Assembly (NCBI GenBank): GCA_044892525.1
Contig: CM097885.1
Location: 26,352,001-26,412,000, forward strand
Length of the DNA stretch: 60,000 bases
Direction of reading: 5' to 3'
Source: Schmidtea polychroa
Lineage: Eukaryota
The position numbers and the translations under genes were made by a program. The notes below the pieces were generated by a model. It was given only the letters and a program-made list of their open reading frames with translations, was not told where the DNA came from and searched no databases. Below are positions 24,968 to 36,553 of this stretch, one piece after another (the first letter of the stretch is position 1; each line of letters begins with the position of its first letter).

Positions 24968-27900
24968 CTAATCAGAATCATCTTTTTCACAATCTTTATA
25001 AGAATCTTTGTAATCATCAGAATCGTAAAAATTAGAATTATAAGAATAATCATCATCATTATTTTCAACATCACTTTTATTATTATTTTCAAAAGAATTT
25101 GATGATAATATTTCATCATTATATAAATTTATGTAATAATCCAAGTTTTCAAATACATCAGATATTTTTTCATATTCTTGTCCCGGTTTCATTTTAGCAA
25201 CATCAACATCTGTATATTTTGTTTTCAATATTTTATTTATTTGTTTCAACTTGTTTATGATGGGAATCCTATCATTTCCAAATGGAAGTGTATGAATTCC
25301 ATCAGATAAAATAAATCTTTTATCATCATAATTATTTAATGAAGTTTTGTTTGATTCTTGCAATTCTAAATCATGATCAACAGATTTAATTTGATGAACT
25401 GTTACTATTTTTTTCTCTGAATTTGGTTCCAAAATATCAGCATAATCTTGATGTTAAATTTTTTTAGTTAGAGATTTTTGGATTCCTTTATTTTTATTTT
25501 CTTCAATTGTATCTGGAAAACTTGGATTTTCCATTTCAAGAGAATATTGTTTTGATCGAAAAAATATAAATTTAATTATTGGGTTTCTCATCTTTGAAAC
25601 TAAACAATTCCCCAGATGTATTTATTAAATTTCTCAATATTTCTTTATTAGATATTTCCTCATATATATCAGGAGAATAAACTCGCAAAAACATACTATC
25701 AGTATCCATTGCATGCAGTGATATTCTATCACCAAAATGTGGTACTAGGATATCATAATATGTTTCATACATTTGAAGTTTTGATAATTCTAAAATACTA
25801 TATCCAATAAACATTGGTTTATTATATGTTTTTTCATAATTTTCAGTTTCAACTGCAACTAAATTTTTTGAAAATACTTGTGCATTTTTAAATGTTGGTT
25901 TTGATATTATTCTGTTATATCTTGCAAAATCTTTTTTATTGTTTGTTAATAATTCAATCTTTGTATACTTGTCAATATTTTCCATGATTTTTCCAAATAC
26001 AGAATTATTTAATAATTTATAAATGGTATCTCCAAATGCATCTTTTGCTCTTTTACATTAATTTCTCTTTTTAATGTTGTCTTGAATATATTTTTTCATG
26101 AATGGTGCTTGTCTAAATTTTATAATATTATGAACTTGCTCAATTATAATTCCATGTCTAACATAAAATTGTAACATTCTATAACTTCTAGAAAATATCC
26201 AATATTTAATATTTTGTTTATTAATTGTACAAGTACTTGTACAATTAAAAACACAAAAAGAATATGAAATGGCAATGGAATACCTAGTCCATGCGAAATT
26301 TTATACATCGATGCAACTGCTTTATATGCAGGAATAATGACACAATATATCTGTATCTTTGAATAAAGTTCTATAAACATGTTTATAATTGAATACTTCT
26401 TTCACCCATGGAAGAACTAATCCCACTTCGAATATTATTTTTTATTATATTAAACATGTTGATGTCTGATAATAATTCTATACTTTGGTTCGAAATCAAA
26501 CCTTGGTTTGAGTTTGAATCTTGACTCGAACTCAAACCTTGATTCGAAATCATATAATATAATAACATATCCCATGCTAATGATGGTAGAGTTATATAAT
26601 TATAAGCTTTCAATGGAAAAGTTTTTACAAATTTTTCAAAACAATCAGCGAGAATATAAACACTTAAACTTAGATACATGTCTGTATATTCTCCTATATT
26701 TTTACAACTAAATAATTTCCACATTTTTCTAGCTCGAGCATATTCTTTTTCTGATATATTTGATTGATCTAATATTGAATAAAATTTTTCACGTAGTGGT
26801 AATTCTATTTCTTGATATCTATCGAATGAATCAATGTAATCATATGGATATATTCCTTTTGCTAAACATGTTGGATATTCTTCAATTGGACTATTATATT
26901 TCTGTAAAACATATTCTGTTGTATTTTCAAACCCTTCAGTTGACATTGTTTTTGAAATCGAGTCTAAACTCCCACCAAAGAAATTCATAGAATCTATAAA
27001 TTTTAAGCAGCCATATTCCACACATTTATATTTTTCTTTTGTCAAACCAATAACTTTAAAAGTATTTTTTGCATTTATTGCCAAATGTTTTATGAATAAA
27101 TGAATATCATATCCAAAGAGATTATGAAATATAACTGGTATCTTTGTTGGTTTGTTACAATTTAAATTACAACTTTGATGAGCGGCACCTCGATAATTAT
27201 TTGCTTCTTTAAAATGATCATGATCTATAACTTTGTATGAGCTCGGACCCTGGTTCGAACTCAAAGATTGTTTACACATCCAACAAATTTTAGAATTTTT
27301 ATATTCTTTAAATTGTTGTCCTGAAACATTCATTGAAAAATTAGTTTTTAATATTTCATGTATATCTCTTTCAACAGCATTTTTATGTCCAACAAAATGA
27401 TTTAAAGTATCTTCTGGAGAAGTTCCTCGATATGAAATTTCATATGATTCAATTATTTCTGGATAATTACTTTTGATGAATAAATGATATGCTGATGGAA
27501 GTTGTTTAGTTAATTTTATTGTAAAAGATTTTTTGTTTAATCTAAGAAAATCTTTCATTATTTCTATTTGGTTTGATTGAAATTCTTGATTCGAACTCAA
27601 ACCTTGATTGAATCTATAAACATACCAAGAATCTAATAATTTATTTTTTTCTGTAATATTCAAATATTCTCGTTCTAAATTTTGTGTTTTATTAATTGCT
27701 TCAAAATCCCCATAAATTGTAACAAGAGATTCTAATAAATTTGAATAATTTTTAAATTTCATTTCAAGATTCTCTGGCATTTTAATTAATGCTGGTTCAT
27801 TATCTTTACACAATCTATCGCGTTTAATTGTAACAGCTTTAGAAGTTGAATAATAAAGACATCTTTCACAAGTATGTCCTCGTACTCTATGGGAAGATGA

Positions 27901-28146
27901 TGATCGAGATCTCATAAAACTTTGAAAGTTTTTTATCCAAACATAATGAGAAAGTAAATCATTTACCTCTTTCTTTTCTAATATAAATAAACTTATTGTT
28001 TTAGAGTTGAAACTTGTTTCAACTCTAAAACTTGTTATGGTTGAAGAATTCTCATCTAATATATAAATTGGTATAACCTTTTCACCATCTAATTCATAAA
28101 TATTAATTCTAAGTTGATTCAATCTTTCAAATTTTGACGTGTTCAA
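24968..28146 (-). pseudogene. Protein-primed DNA polymerase B of Polinton 2 (N-truncated, deletions, internal inversion)
   Basis: IYGDFEA, DHDH..YRGAAHQSCNL, PVIFHNLFGYDIH, FIDSMNF, KGIYPYDY, KLLNNSVFGK.MEN, MDTDS, FKDE, YDDKR..DGIHTLPFG. Confidence 0.95.
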
Positions 28147-29988
28147 TTTTCTAAGACATCGACCCTTCTATAATGTCCATATGCAAAACTTGAGTTTTTC
28201 CTTACCCAAGCTCTCTTATCGTCGTGATTATTTAAAGCTATTTTTCAGTTTTTAAAAGTAAACAGCTGATGATTCCGGGTTCTTATTCTAGTTTGAGGAA
28301 CGAACATGACTTGTTGTTGTTATAGCAGTCTAAATAAGATTGATGTTTGATGTCGGTCCTGGTAATTTTACGCCCTTAGTCCTAATTGTTGACTTATTTC
28401 CTAATAGGCTGTAACATTTAGGACGTAAGAAAACCCATTCACTATATCCTAACCTTTTACTCTCATTCTAAAACTTGCCTATAACTGAGTCAAATCCCTG
28501 GAATATAAAGGATGAGAGGGATCGTAATTTGAGGTATCTAAAAGGTCATCTGAAATCATCGCTTGTAATAATATATCTAATTTTAAATTTTTGACCTCTA
28601 AGAAGAAAGAGTCGGTATCACCCGCTACTAAATTAATTTCACAATTATAAATATCTCGATATCGTTGTAGCTCTATATACTGTAACTGATACATCCGTAG
28701 TTTGGATAGATCCAGTATTGATTGTCCGATGTAGCTGGGTCTATCCAAACATATAGAGTCCTTATTGAGATGCGCGGCAAACAGATCATCAGCTATTTCA
28801 ATTGTTTTTCTGAATGCCGGTTTTGACGAATATGTAATTAATTTTTCAGATGAATTACATAGTCGCAAATTCATCCTCTTTTTAAGGTTCTCTACGGATT
28901 TACCGTACAGGCTATTATTATATAATTGAAATAAATCTATATATTTCACTAACTGCATAAGCACGCAAGTTAGTGTTTTTATCGATATGATTTTTAAAGA
29001 TATGATTTTGTTTATATTTTATAGCTCTGTGTATATTTACAACCTTAGCCCCAAGTGAAAGATAAAGCCTCAGAAGTTCTTCTTTGGATAATGAGTGAGC
29101 ATCAGCTTCTCAATTTTTGAGTTAGGTGGGCACATCTTTTCCGGTCAAATCGGAAAGTCATTTAAAAAATCATGGAAATCAATCGGAATATCGATATCAA
29201 CTTCCATAGTATATCCATGTGGAAGTGTTTCGATATCCGCAACATTCACACACTCATCCAAAACTTCATTCAAGCCATCATACACCCAAGTAAAATCACC
29301 ATAGTGAAGACTTTGGCTAAGAGCCCAACCATACAGATTATTTATATCAATATACAATAATTCTGTATCATCTGAAGCAGCCGTGTAATGTCTGTTAACA
29401 AATGTTAACCCACCCCGTATTCCTCCCTCGTAAAAATTGAACATTTCCATGTCCTGTAAAAGTTCTATGGGTTCCGTTAATGTCATAAGCGCTGAGGCCC
29501 ATGACATACCGGGAATTCCATAGAAATTTAAAGGTTCCAATCCATTGTATGCAATGGCATTGGCACAGAATTGTTGAAAGTAATCAGCGAGTAGGAATAC
29601 ATCGAGTTTGAGGTAGGTTAACATATAGTCACGCAAATTTATACAGTTTTGCTGCGTCCAGATTAGTTGTGCCTTAGCGTACTTATCTTCGCTAACTCAT
29701 ACGGAAAAATACCTTTACAGTCAACTATAGTACCTTGAAAGACAGACGAAGTTAAAGGAAGAGAAGTTAGTGTTTTCACATCCTTAGCTAAATAGCAATT
29801 AACAAATTGCATAGAATCTATAAATCTCATAGCCAATTTATTGATATGTACAATTAACGAAATAAATTTTTCGGTTGAGGTAGGAACATGTAAAGCCATT
29901 GAGACCGTGTTTTAAAATATGGTGGAAGTCATAACCTCGTAAATTATGAAAGACAATAGGTAGTAGACGATAAATTTGACGAGCAACA
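28143..29988 (-). pseudogene. pPolB of Polinton 1, 3' part
   Basis: LPIVFHNLRGYDFH, FIDSMQF, KGIFPYE, GIRGGL, LLYIDINNLYGWALSQ, NNSLYGKSVEN, AGDTDSF, WVFLRPKCYSL, DDKRAWV..AYGHY. Confidence 0.93.
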
Positions 29989-31749
29989 TGTTGGGCTAGA
30001 ACTGACTTCTAGACCCAAATTTCTAATTGTGACTTAAATGTGTAAGGACACAGCATGCAAAAAGCAAAAAGTATAGTTAAATATTAAAAACTACACCAAA
30101 TAAACAATACTAATTAAAGAAAAAACAACAAAAACCTAAACACAGAAATTAAATAAAATTATACCAAAAGCAAGAGGTTATGAAAAATAGAACTCGAAAA
30201 TAACCAAATAAACACAGATAAACATAAAACAGACTCGAATAACTTAAAAGACGAAAAAAACCGAAAAAATTCCAGAAAAACCCAGAACATTCCATTAAAA
30301 TGGCGATGACCATCACAAAAGCCAGCTAGAACAATAAAAGTTAGAGAAAATAAATAAATTAGTATTAAAAATAATAAATCTTAAAAAGAAATTCATAAAA
30401 CACCAGTTAGAATAAAAATTAAATTAAAAGTAAAATAGAATGTTCTGGAACCGTTCCAAATCCATCATGGACGTCAAATTAACGAAAAATAATTAAAAAA
30501 TAATAATTTTAAAATAAAAACAAAAATTATGGCACAAAAATTGCCATTAAAAATAGCAAAATAGAAAATTCTGGAATAAAAAGAATTCGAGTTTGTTTTA
30601 ATGCATCAATACATACACGTGTACAAAATAGGTATATATACTGACACGTTTCAGTCAGAAGTAATCATTATTTTATGCCAAAAATTTCTTTTTGTCAACA
30701 AGATATCAATAGTAAGTAGTATTGTGTTTTTTTGTGTATTATGATTTGTGTGTTATTATTATTAACTCATCTATGCTAAAAAATTTTTTATATTTTGATT
30801 TTCCTTAGATTAACTTTTTAAGCGATGTACGAAGGTCGTTGTTCACTACAGTGCGTCGTTGTTCAGTCCTGCATTCGATTTGGAAAAATTTCATATGACA
30901 TGCCAACATGCATTATCTATATTATATTAATCGATATTATACGGCTCTTTTTGTTCGGGTCAGCCGGAGTTCGAACTACTTCATGGTCCTGCCATGGAGT
31001 TAGGTCGAGGAAACCCTCCGCCTGACTCTTTGTATTTATTTAAGGTCAACCGTAAATGGTTGACTCAGCACACAACACTAAGGTTAGTGGAAGTGGTCAC
31101 AGTGGGGCCATGGAAGCAATATTCTTCCCGACTTTTTACGTAACATACATTTAAATTCAACATTTAAAATCAGTACAACGAAATATACCCTAAGGTCGAT
31201 AAATTGAGTAGAACTCATACCTAAATTGACACAATTATGCAAATCACAGTAATGTAGATGGTTGACCAGTTATGCTTAGATATATGCCGAATTAGGTTTT
31301 CGTAACAGTAATTTATAGTAATCAGAGTAATAGTAAGTATAGAGATATTCGGCATATGTATAAGTAGAACTTAACAGGTCTTTGAATTCCTTTAGTATAA
31401 AAGTAGATATTATGATTAAACTATTAATCGATTAACCTAAGCCCCTACTTAAAATATTTCGAAAGATATAAGCACTTAACTATAAATTTCCCTGCCAATT
31501 ATGAAAGATAAATTGCGAATAAGGTTAATATTTTAGATACGAATTATATCGATCCCGAAAATATAGATATGAATGGGTAAATTTCGATTGTAAGTTATGG
31601 ATCGGAAATAATGATACGTAAAATTTGAGTGTCGGAATATGCTCATAGCTAACAATATATAACCTATATATACGTGGAACTCGCAATTAGTTACGAAGTA
31701 AACCCGAAAAATCCGGGAACCTGTGTTGGACAATTCATAAAAGTTGCAT

Positions 31750-32250
31750 AAAATCGAAATTATAAAATATAAAGTTATAAGTTGGAAAATCTAAAGTTAT
31801 AAATCTTAAAATATAAAATCATAAAGTATAAAATTTAAAGTTATAAATCCTAAAATATAAAGTTCTAAATCATGAAGTTTAAAGTTATAACTGATAAAAT
31901 ATAAAGTTATAAATAGAGTTATAAATTACAAAATCAAAAATTAGAAATTAGAAAATATAAAGTTACAAATCCTAAAATATAAACTTATAAATCGTAAATG
32001 TAGAGTTATAAATGGTAAAATATATAGTTACAAATCCTAAAATATAAACTTATAAATCGCAAATGTAAAGTTATAAATGGCAAAATATAAAGTTATAAAC
32101 TTATAAATCGTAAATGTAAAGTCATAAATGATAAAACATAAAGTTATAAACTTATAAACCATGAATGTAGAGTTATAACTAGTCAATTACAAAGTTATAA
32201 ATTATAAAAATAACGTTATAAATCGTAAAATATAAAGCCATAAACTGAAA
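31750..32250 (+). repeat. Degenerate ~22-bp tandem repeat (aaagttataaatcctaaaatat-like) inside element A
   Basis: Direct inspection. Confidence 0.8.
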
Positions 32251-32555
32251 AAAAATCAAAGATCAGGAAGTATAAAACGCACTTTTATCCATCATGAACC
32301 ATCAAATTGTAAGTTGCGGAAGATAAAATTATAAGTTGTAATTACTTATATATGAAATACTTATAAATGTAAACTACAAGATTAATACAATAATCCCCAT
32401 CTAGGTATAAATATAACTTATAAAGGTTATGATTAACTATTAACGGTAAATATACAAAATATAAATAACTATAATAGTTTGCCCTTGGCATAAAAGTTTT
32501 TAGCCATAAATTACAAATAGATAATAATTATAAGGTCATTATAATATCATGGTTA

Positions 32556-32595
32556 TTATTACTATTATTATTATTATCATCTTTATTATTATCAC

Positions 32596-32676
<81 letters not shown>
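32556..32676. repeat. (ATT)n microsatellite (others at about 20927-20992, 45030-45120, 45352-45385)
   Basis: Direct inspection. Confidence 0.97.
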
Positions 32677-32677
<1 letters not shown>

Positions 32678-33782
32678 GTATCATTACTAGTATCATTAAT
32701 ATTATTGTTACTATTAATATCAGTAGTCATATATCACTTAGTTATTATTAGTAATGTGGTTATTTGTCGTATGTAATTCAGTTATATATAGTTGTCCATA
32801 TCTCCTTAGTCATTATTGAAAATATTATGGATACATCTATTAATTATTTACATAAAATGTTACATTAATTATATCTCATTATCACCAATAGTAGTTATTT
32901 ACAAAAAAATCAATATTCTAACCCAATGCCGATTTAGGGATTTCCCTAAGAAATTAAAAGTAGGATTTACTCTTTGAACCAATAGAAGTGATCAAAACTC
33001 TGGGAAGTTATTTTTAGTAACACCCCCCTTAGAAGAATGCCACCATCCATCGGGTCGCCTGGGTATATGAGTAAAGGGTTACTATCAACTAATGTCAAAT
33101 GGATAAGTTAAACATGCAAATTTCATTAAATTAACATAAACAAAAATCTTTATTTATCAAACTACTTCGAATAATAAATTACCGTACATCAGTGTTATAA
33201 AACCAAAATCTTTGACTCTCGACTAAGAAGGATAAGACGGGCTCCAGGAGGTGAACCTCGATATCTTCAGCGGAGAAAATAATCGCCAAATTTTCTCTGA
33301 ATTAAGTATATATGATTTATACATAACTTACCGCGGTGAATAAAAGACGATTATACCACTTACAACGAATACAACCAAGGAAAGAGAGAGTGAACAAGAG
33401 ACTGAGCTCGTCACCAGTACCCATCGATTGGTGTACTCGCATTTAGTGGAAATTGTGCATAATTATTTAAAATTACCTAAAAATTTAAAATACAAAATTT
33501 TAAACTACCATCTGGTGGTAAATAGAATAGGAAGATTTAAAATAATAATTTAAAACAAAAATGATTTTTTGAGGAATTATGCCTAATATCGTTAGAACTT
33601 TTCCTAATTATATTAAATCAACAGGATATCTCAATAAACTGAATCGAAATTTTAGGTTTATAGTAATTGTAGTAAATTTAGTGATTAAAGTACCATTCGT
33701 TTTAAGTAAGGAAATTTTGTGTATAACGTGGATTGATAAGTTATATTGGTGGGGCACAGATCTTGATTCTTACCTTGTAGAC

Positions 33783-34148
33783 ATGTCGCAATCAGATGAT
33801 TCCAGAGAGGAGGAAGCCGATCGGCAGACGGTCACCCGACTCCGGACTCGGTACATCTGGTACCATATCCATCGGTGGGGCCAGGGACGGGACCTGGATT
33901 GCGCAGACCGAGTAATCCGGACGGGCCCCGGAATAGATGCCCCGGCATGGGTGAAGGTGGAGCCGGAAAATAACCGGTTGCAGGAGGCCCGAGATCAAGC
34001 GGCCTGGGATGTGGAAGCCGCGCAGATCCGGCTTAAGAAGATAGAGCTGTAAATCAGGGCAGAAAGGGAAGGGGTGCCCCTGGAAGAATTAGAGGAGGCC
34101 GAGGTACCCCCGAGAAAGAGAGGAAGGCCCCGCAAGCATCAATTGTGA
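33783..34148 (+). CDS. Element A accessory gene with C-terminal AT-hook; one in-frame stop at 34050-34052
   Basis: GC-rich island after an acceptor-like ttcttaccttgtag; MSQSDD..KKIEL*IRAEREG..PPRKRGRPRKHQL*. Confidence 0.65.
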
Positions 34149-34460
34149 ACAAAGGCCGACAATTGACGTAGTACAATAACTTCTTATTTAGTGGGTGTGA
34201 TTTAGTTAACGATCAAACTTGACTGGTGTTTATTGTTGAATAATAATCTCGTATTCATTTGGTGTCTTAATTAATGATTAAAAATTGACTAGGGTTTATT
34301 ATTAAATGAAGTGTTTTCCTTTTAAATCAAGTAACAAGTACATCAATGTCCTAGCGACATAGTACTAGTATTGATTAATAAGCACAATTATTCCTTGTTC
34401 CAATTTTTTTTTGTATGTGTAAACTTAATAACACCCTTTATGTTTTCAGTGTATAAGTTA

Positions 34461-34919
34461 ATGGAGAATCTTCGGAAGGATCGGGAGCAGGCCCAACAAC
34501 GTGCTGACGAACTCCGGGTCCGAGTGGACAAATTGAAAGGAAAATGTCGGGAGTTCGAGGGGACCTGGTTTAGCCCCGAAGCGATGAAGAAGAAAACAGC
34601 CCAGATCCTCCAGCTGCAAACTCAGGTCGCTCAGGACCAAATGGAGATCCGCGCCCTGAAATTGCAGGTGCGGGCACTCGAAACCGAGCGAAATGAGCAG
34701 TTGGTGCAGGTGGCCGTGGCAGGACAAATACGGCCACTGGCCGTGGAACTCGCGGCGATATATCCCCAAGCCGCCGAAACTAAGCCCAAAAGAAAACGGC
34801 TTGGACGAAACATCCGTGAAAAATTAAAGAAGGCCAGACTGGCCGAGTACGAAAGGCAAGCGGGTTCATCGCAAACGTCCACGACGAGACTAACCGGCCC
34901 CACCAACCGGCCGAGTTGA
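34461..34919 (+). CDS. Element A coiled-coil/basic protein exon
   Basis: GC-rich open frame after tgttttcag; heptad pattern; KPKRKRLGR basic patch. Confidence 0.6.
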   Translation: MENLRKDREQAQQRADELRVRVDKLKGKCREFEGTWFSPEAMKKKTAQILQLQTQVAQDQMEIRALKLQVRALETERNEQLVQVAVAGQIRPLAVELAAIYPQAAETKPKRKRLGRNIREKLKKARLAEYERQAGSSQTSTTRLTGPTNRPS

Positions 34920-35322
34920 ACTTTTATTCCGTGTCATTTATTTCTGTAGTGTTTTATATGCCTTGTAGTACTAAAATATTGTTTCTTTTGCTTATCGTTA
35001 AAATAATATATATTTTGTAGCGTTAAAATAATGTCTGATATATTTTATGATTGTCTGAGAAACGAGAGTTTGTGCGTGAGATTGGGAAAACAATTTTGAT
35101 AAGGGACCTGAGAAATCGGACACACACCTTTTATCGGTAGTGCGTGAACCCATGGAGTACTCGACAATTATAGTGCCTTGATGCGCTCACTTTTTGCGAG
35201 TACTCAACCCTTGGTACAGTACCAACGTTGATTACTCAACGGGTACCAAGCGGACAAACAACGTTTCATGTTGGGTTACGCTGGTAACAGCACTTAATCA
35301 TTCGACCACCAGTAACCCACCA

Positions 35323-35381
35323 AACATTACATTTTCGGCAAGATGCCCCTAGATATTTACCAGAGAAATGACAGTGGTCTC
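35323..35381 (-). pseudogene. 59-bp pPolB piece stranded between elements A and B
   Basis: Reads (R)DHCHFSGKYLGASCRKCNV, linking CYLCKKPIVNSVRD (42441 onward) to ARQIYRLLP (29988 downward). Confidence 0.92.
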
Positions 35382-36521
35382 TGTAGTGAGCCGTTACACG
35401 GCCTTAACAATATCTATATACCTATTATACTATATTATATTATATTATATTATATATAAATGCGCGGTCACCAACGAATAAGGACCAAACAGAACACAAG
35501 TATAGTCAATCAAAAGTCGTGCGATCAGCTAATACTTCTACTTATCAATCAGGCTCTATTAATCAATCTCAGACGAGTAAAGCAAATTCGATGCCATGTT
35601 ATCATTATCAAGATAAACTGTATTCGGCTCCCAATAGTTTTAGTGTTGGCTTTCATAGACCAACACCCTCATCCATTACAATTCGCGAAATACGGAACAA
35701 ATCCTAACAATAATATGAACCCGAAAAGATCTTTTTATCAAACCACCACACGTCTTTACAAATTCTGATCAAGGTGATAATGCAAAAAAGGATCAGAACG
35801 GCAAAGGATATACATTTCCTCAAATATTGTATGCGAATGACAATGGTCAAAATGGTTCATGGACAAATCGGCAGGCTGTAAAATCTTTAGAAATAATCGG
35901 ACTATATGAAATTATTATTTTTAGTTAACATTTTGTAAATGAGAAATGCCTGTTGAATATGTTTACCTGGTCTGATTATATTTACATTTTTTATATAGTT
36001 TCTATAATATATTTTTGTTTTACTTAAATAAGTGAAAATTGGAATTTAAATAAAAATTGTGTAAATCGAATTTATTATATAAATTGTCTGACTTTAAATT
36101 GAATTTAATTACTTTTCTTCTCAAATGATTTTAAAATTATTTACATTACTGATATTGTTAAATTTCATAACCTCGAACAAGGAGGAAGTATGTAAGGATA
36201 TTAATTCATCTGATGATAGGTATTCACAAATCGTGTTATTGAATCACTTTCCATTTGGTCTTGTTAATAAAACTAATATCATACAAAAGATAATCATGCT
36301 AGATGAGTGGGACGAATGTATTAAATATTGTTGTGACTACAAACAATGTGACGCGGTTTTGTTCAATACTACCCATTTTAAAATAATTCATTGCGAAAAT
36401 CCATCATTATGTCAGCCAGAAAAAAAAGAAAACTGAAGAATTATTTAGCGTTTTCTCGAATAATGGTCAAAGAAATGATTCTATTGCCAAATCACCAGAA
36501 AGGACTACGCCAACCACAACA
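35382..36521 (+). repeat. Inverted LTR copy, 1140 bp
   Basis: Reverse complement of 41301-42440; I saw one substitution (THFK vs THCK); TG..CA ends. Confidence 0.95.
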
Positions 36522-36522
36522 T

Positions 36523-36553
36523 TGGTGTCAGAAGTGGGATTTGAACCACGCCT
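36523..36553 (+). promoter_or_regulatory. Extended tRNA-Leu PBS copy (complement of about 31 nt of the tRNA 3' end incl. CCA)
   Basis: tggtgtcagaagtgggat-ttgaaccacgcct = complement of AGGCGTGG(G)TTCAAATCCCACTTCTGACACCA. Confidence 0.88.

Larger units (their letters stand above)
29989..35322 (+). mobile_element. Element A: 5334-bp TG..CA insertion, probable giant solo LTR
   Basis: Starts tgttgggcta, ends taacccacca; 4-bp TSD aaca (29985-29988, 35323-35326); removing it restores pPolB RKCNV-ARQIY in frame. Confidence 0.85.

Noticed and set aside
32539..32776. Poly-Ile/Leu ORFs (also 44792-45538, 9817-10020)
   Set aside because: Translations of (ATT)n/(AAT)n microsatellites
36523..36553. tRNA-Leu gene
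   Set aside because: Only the 3' ~31 nt, including encoded CCA, are present; it is a primer copy
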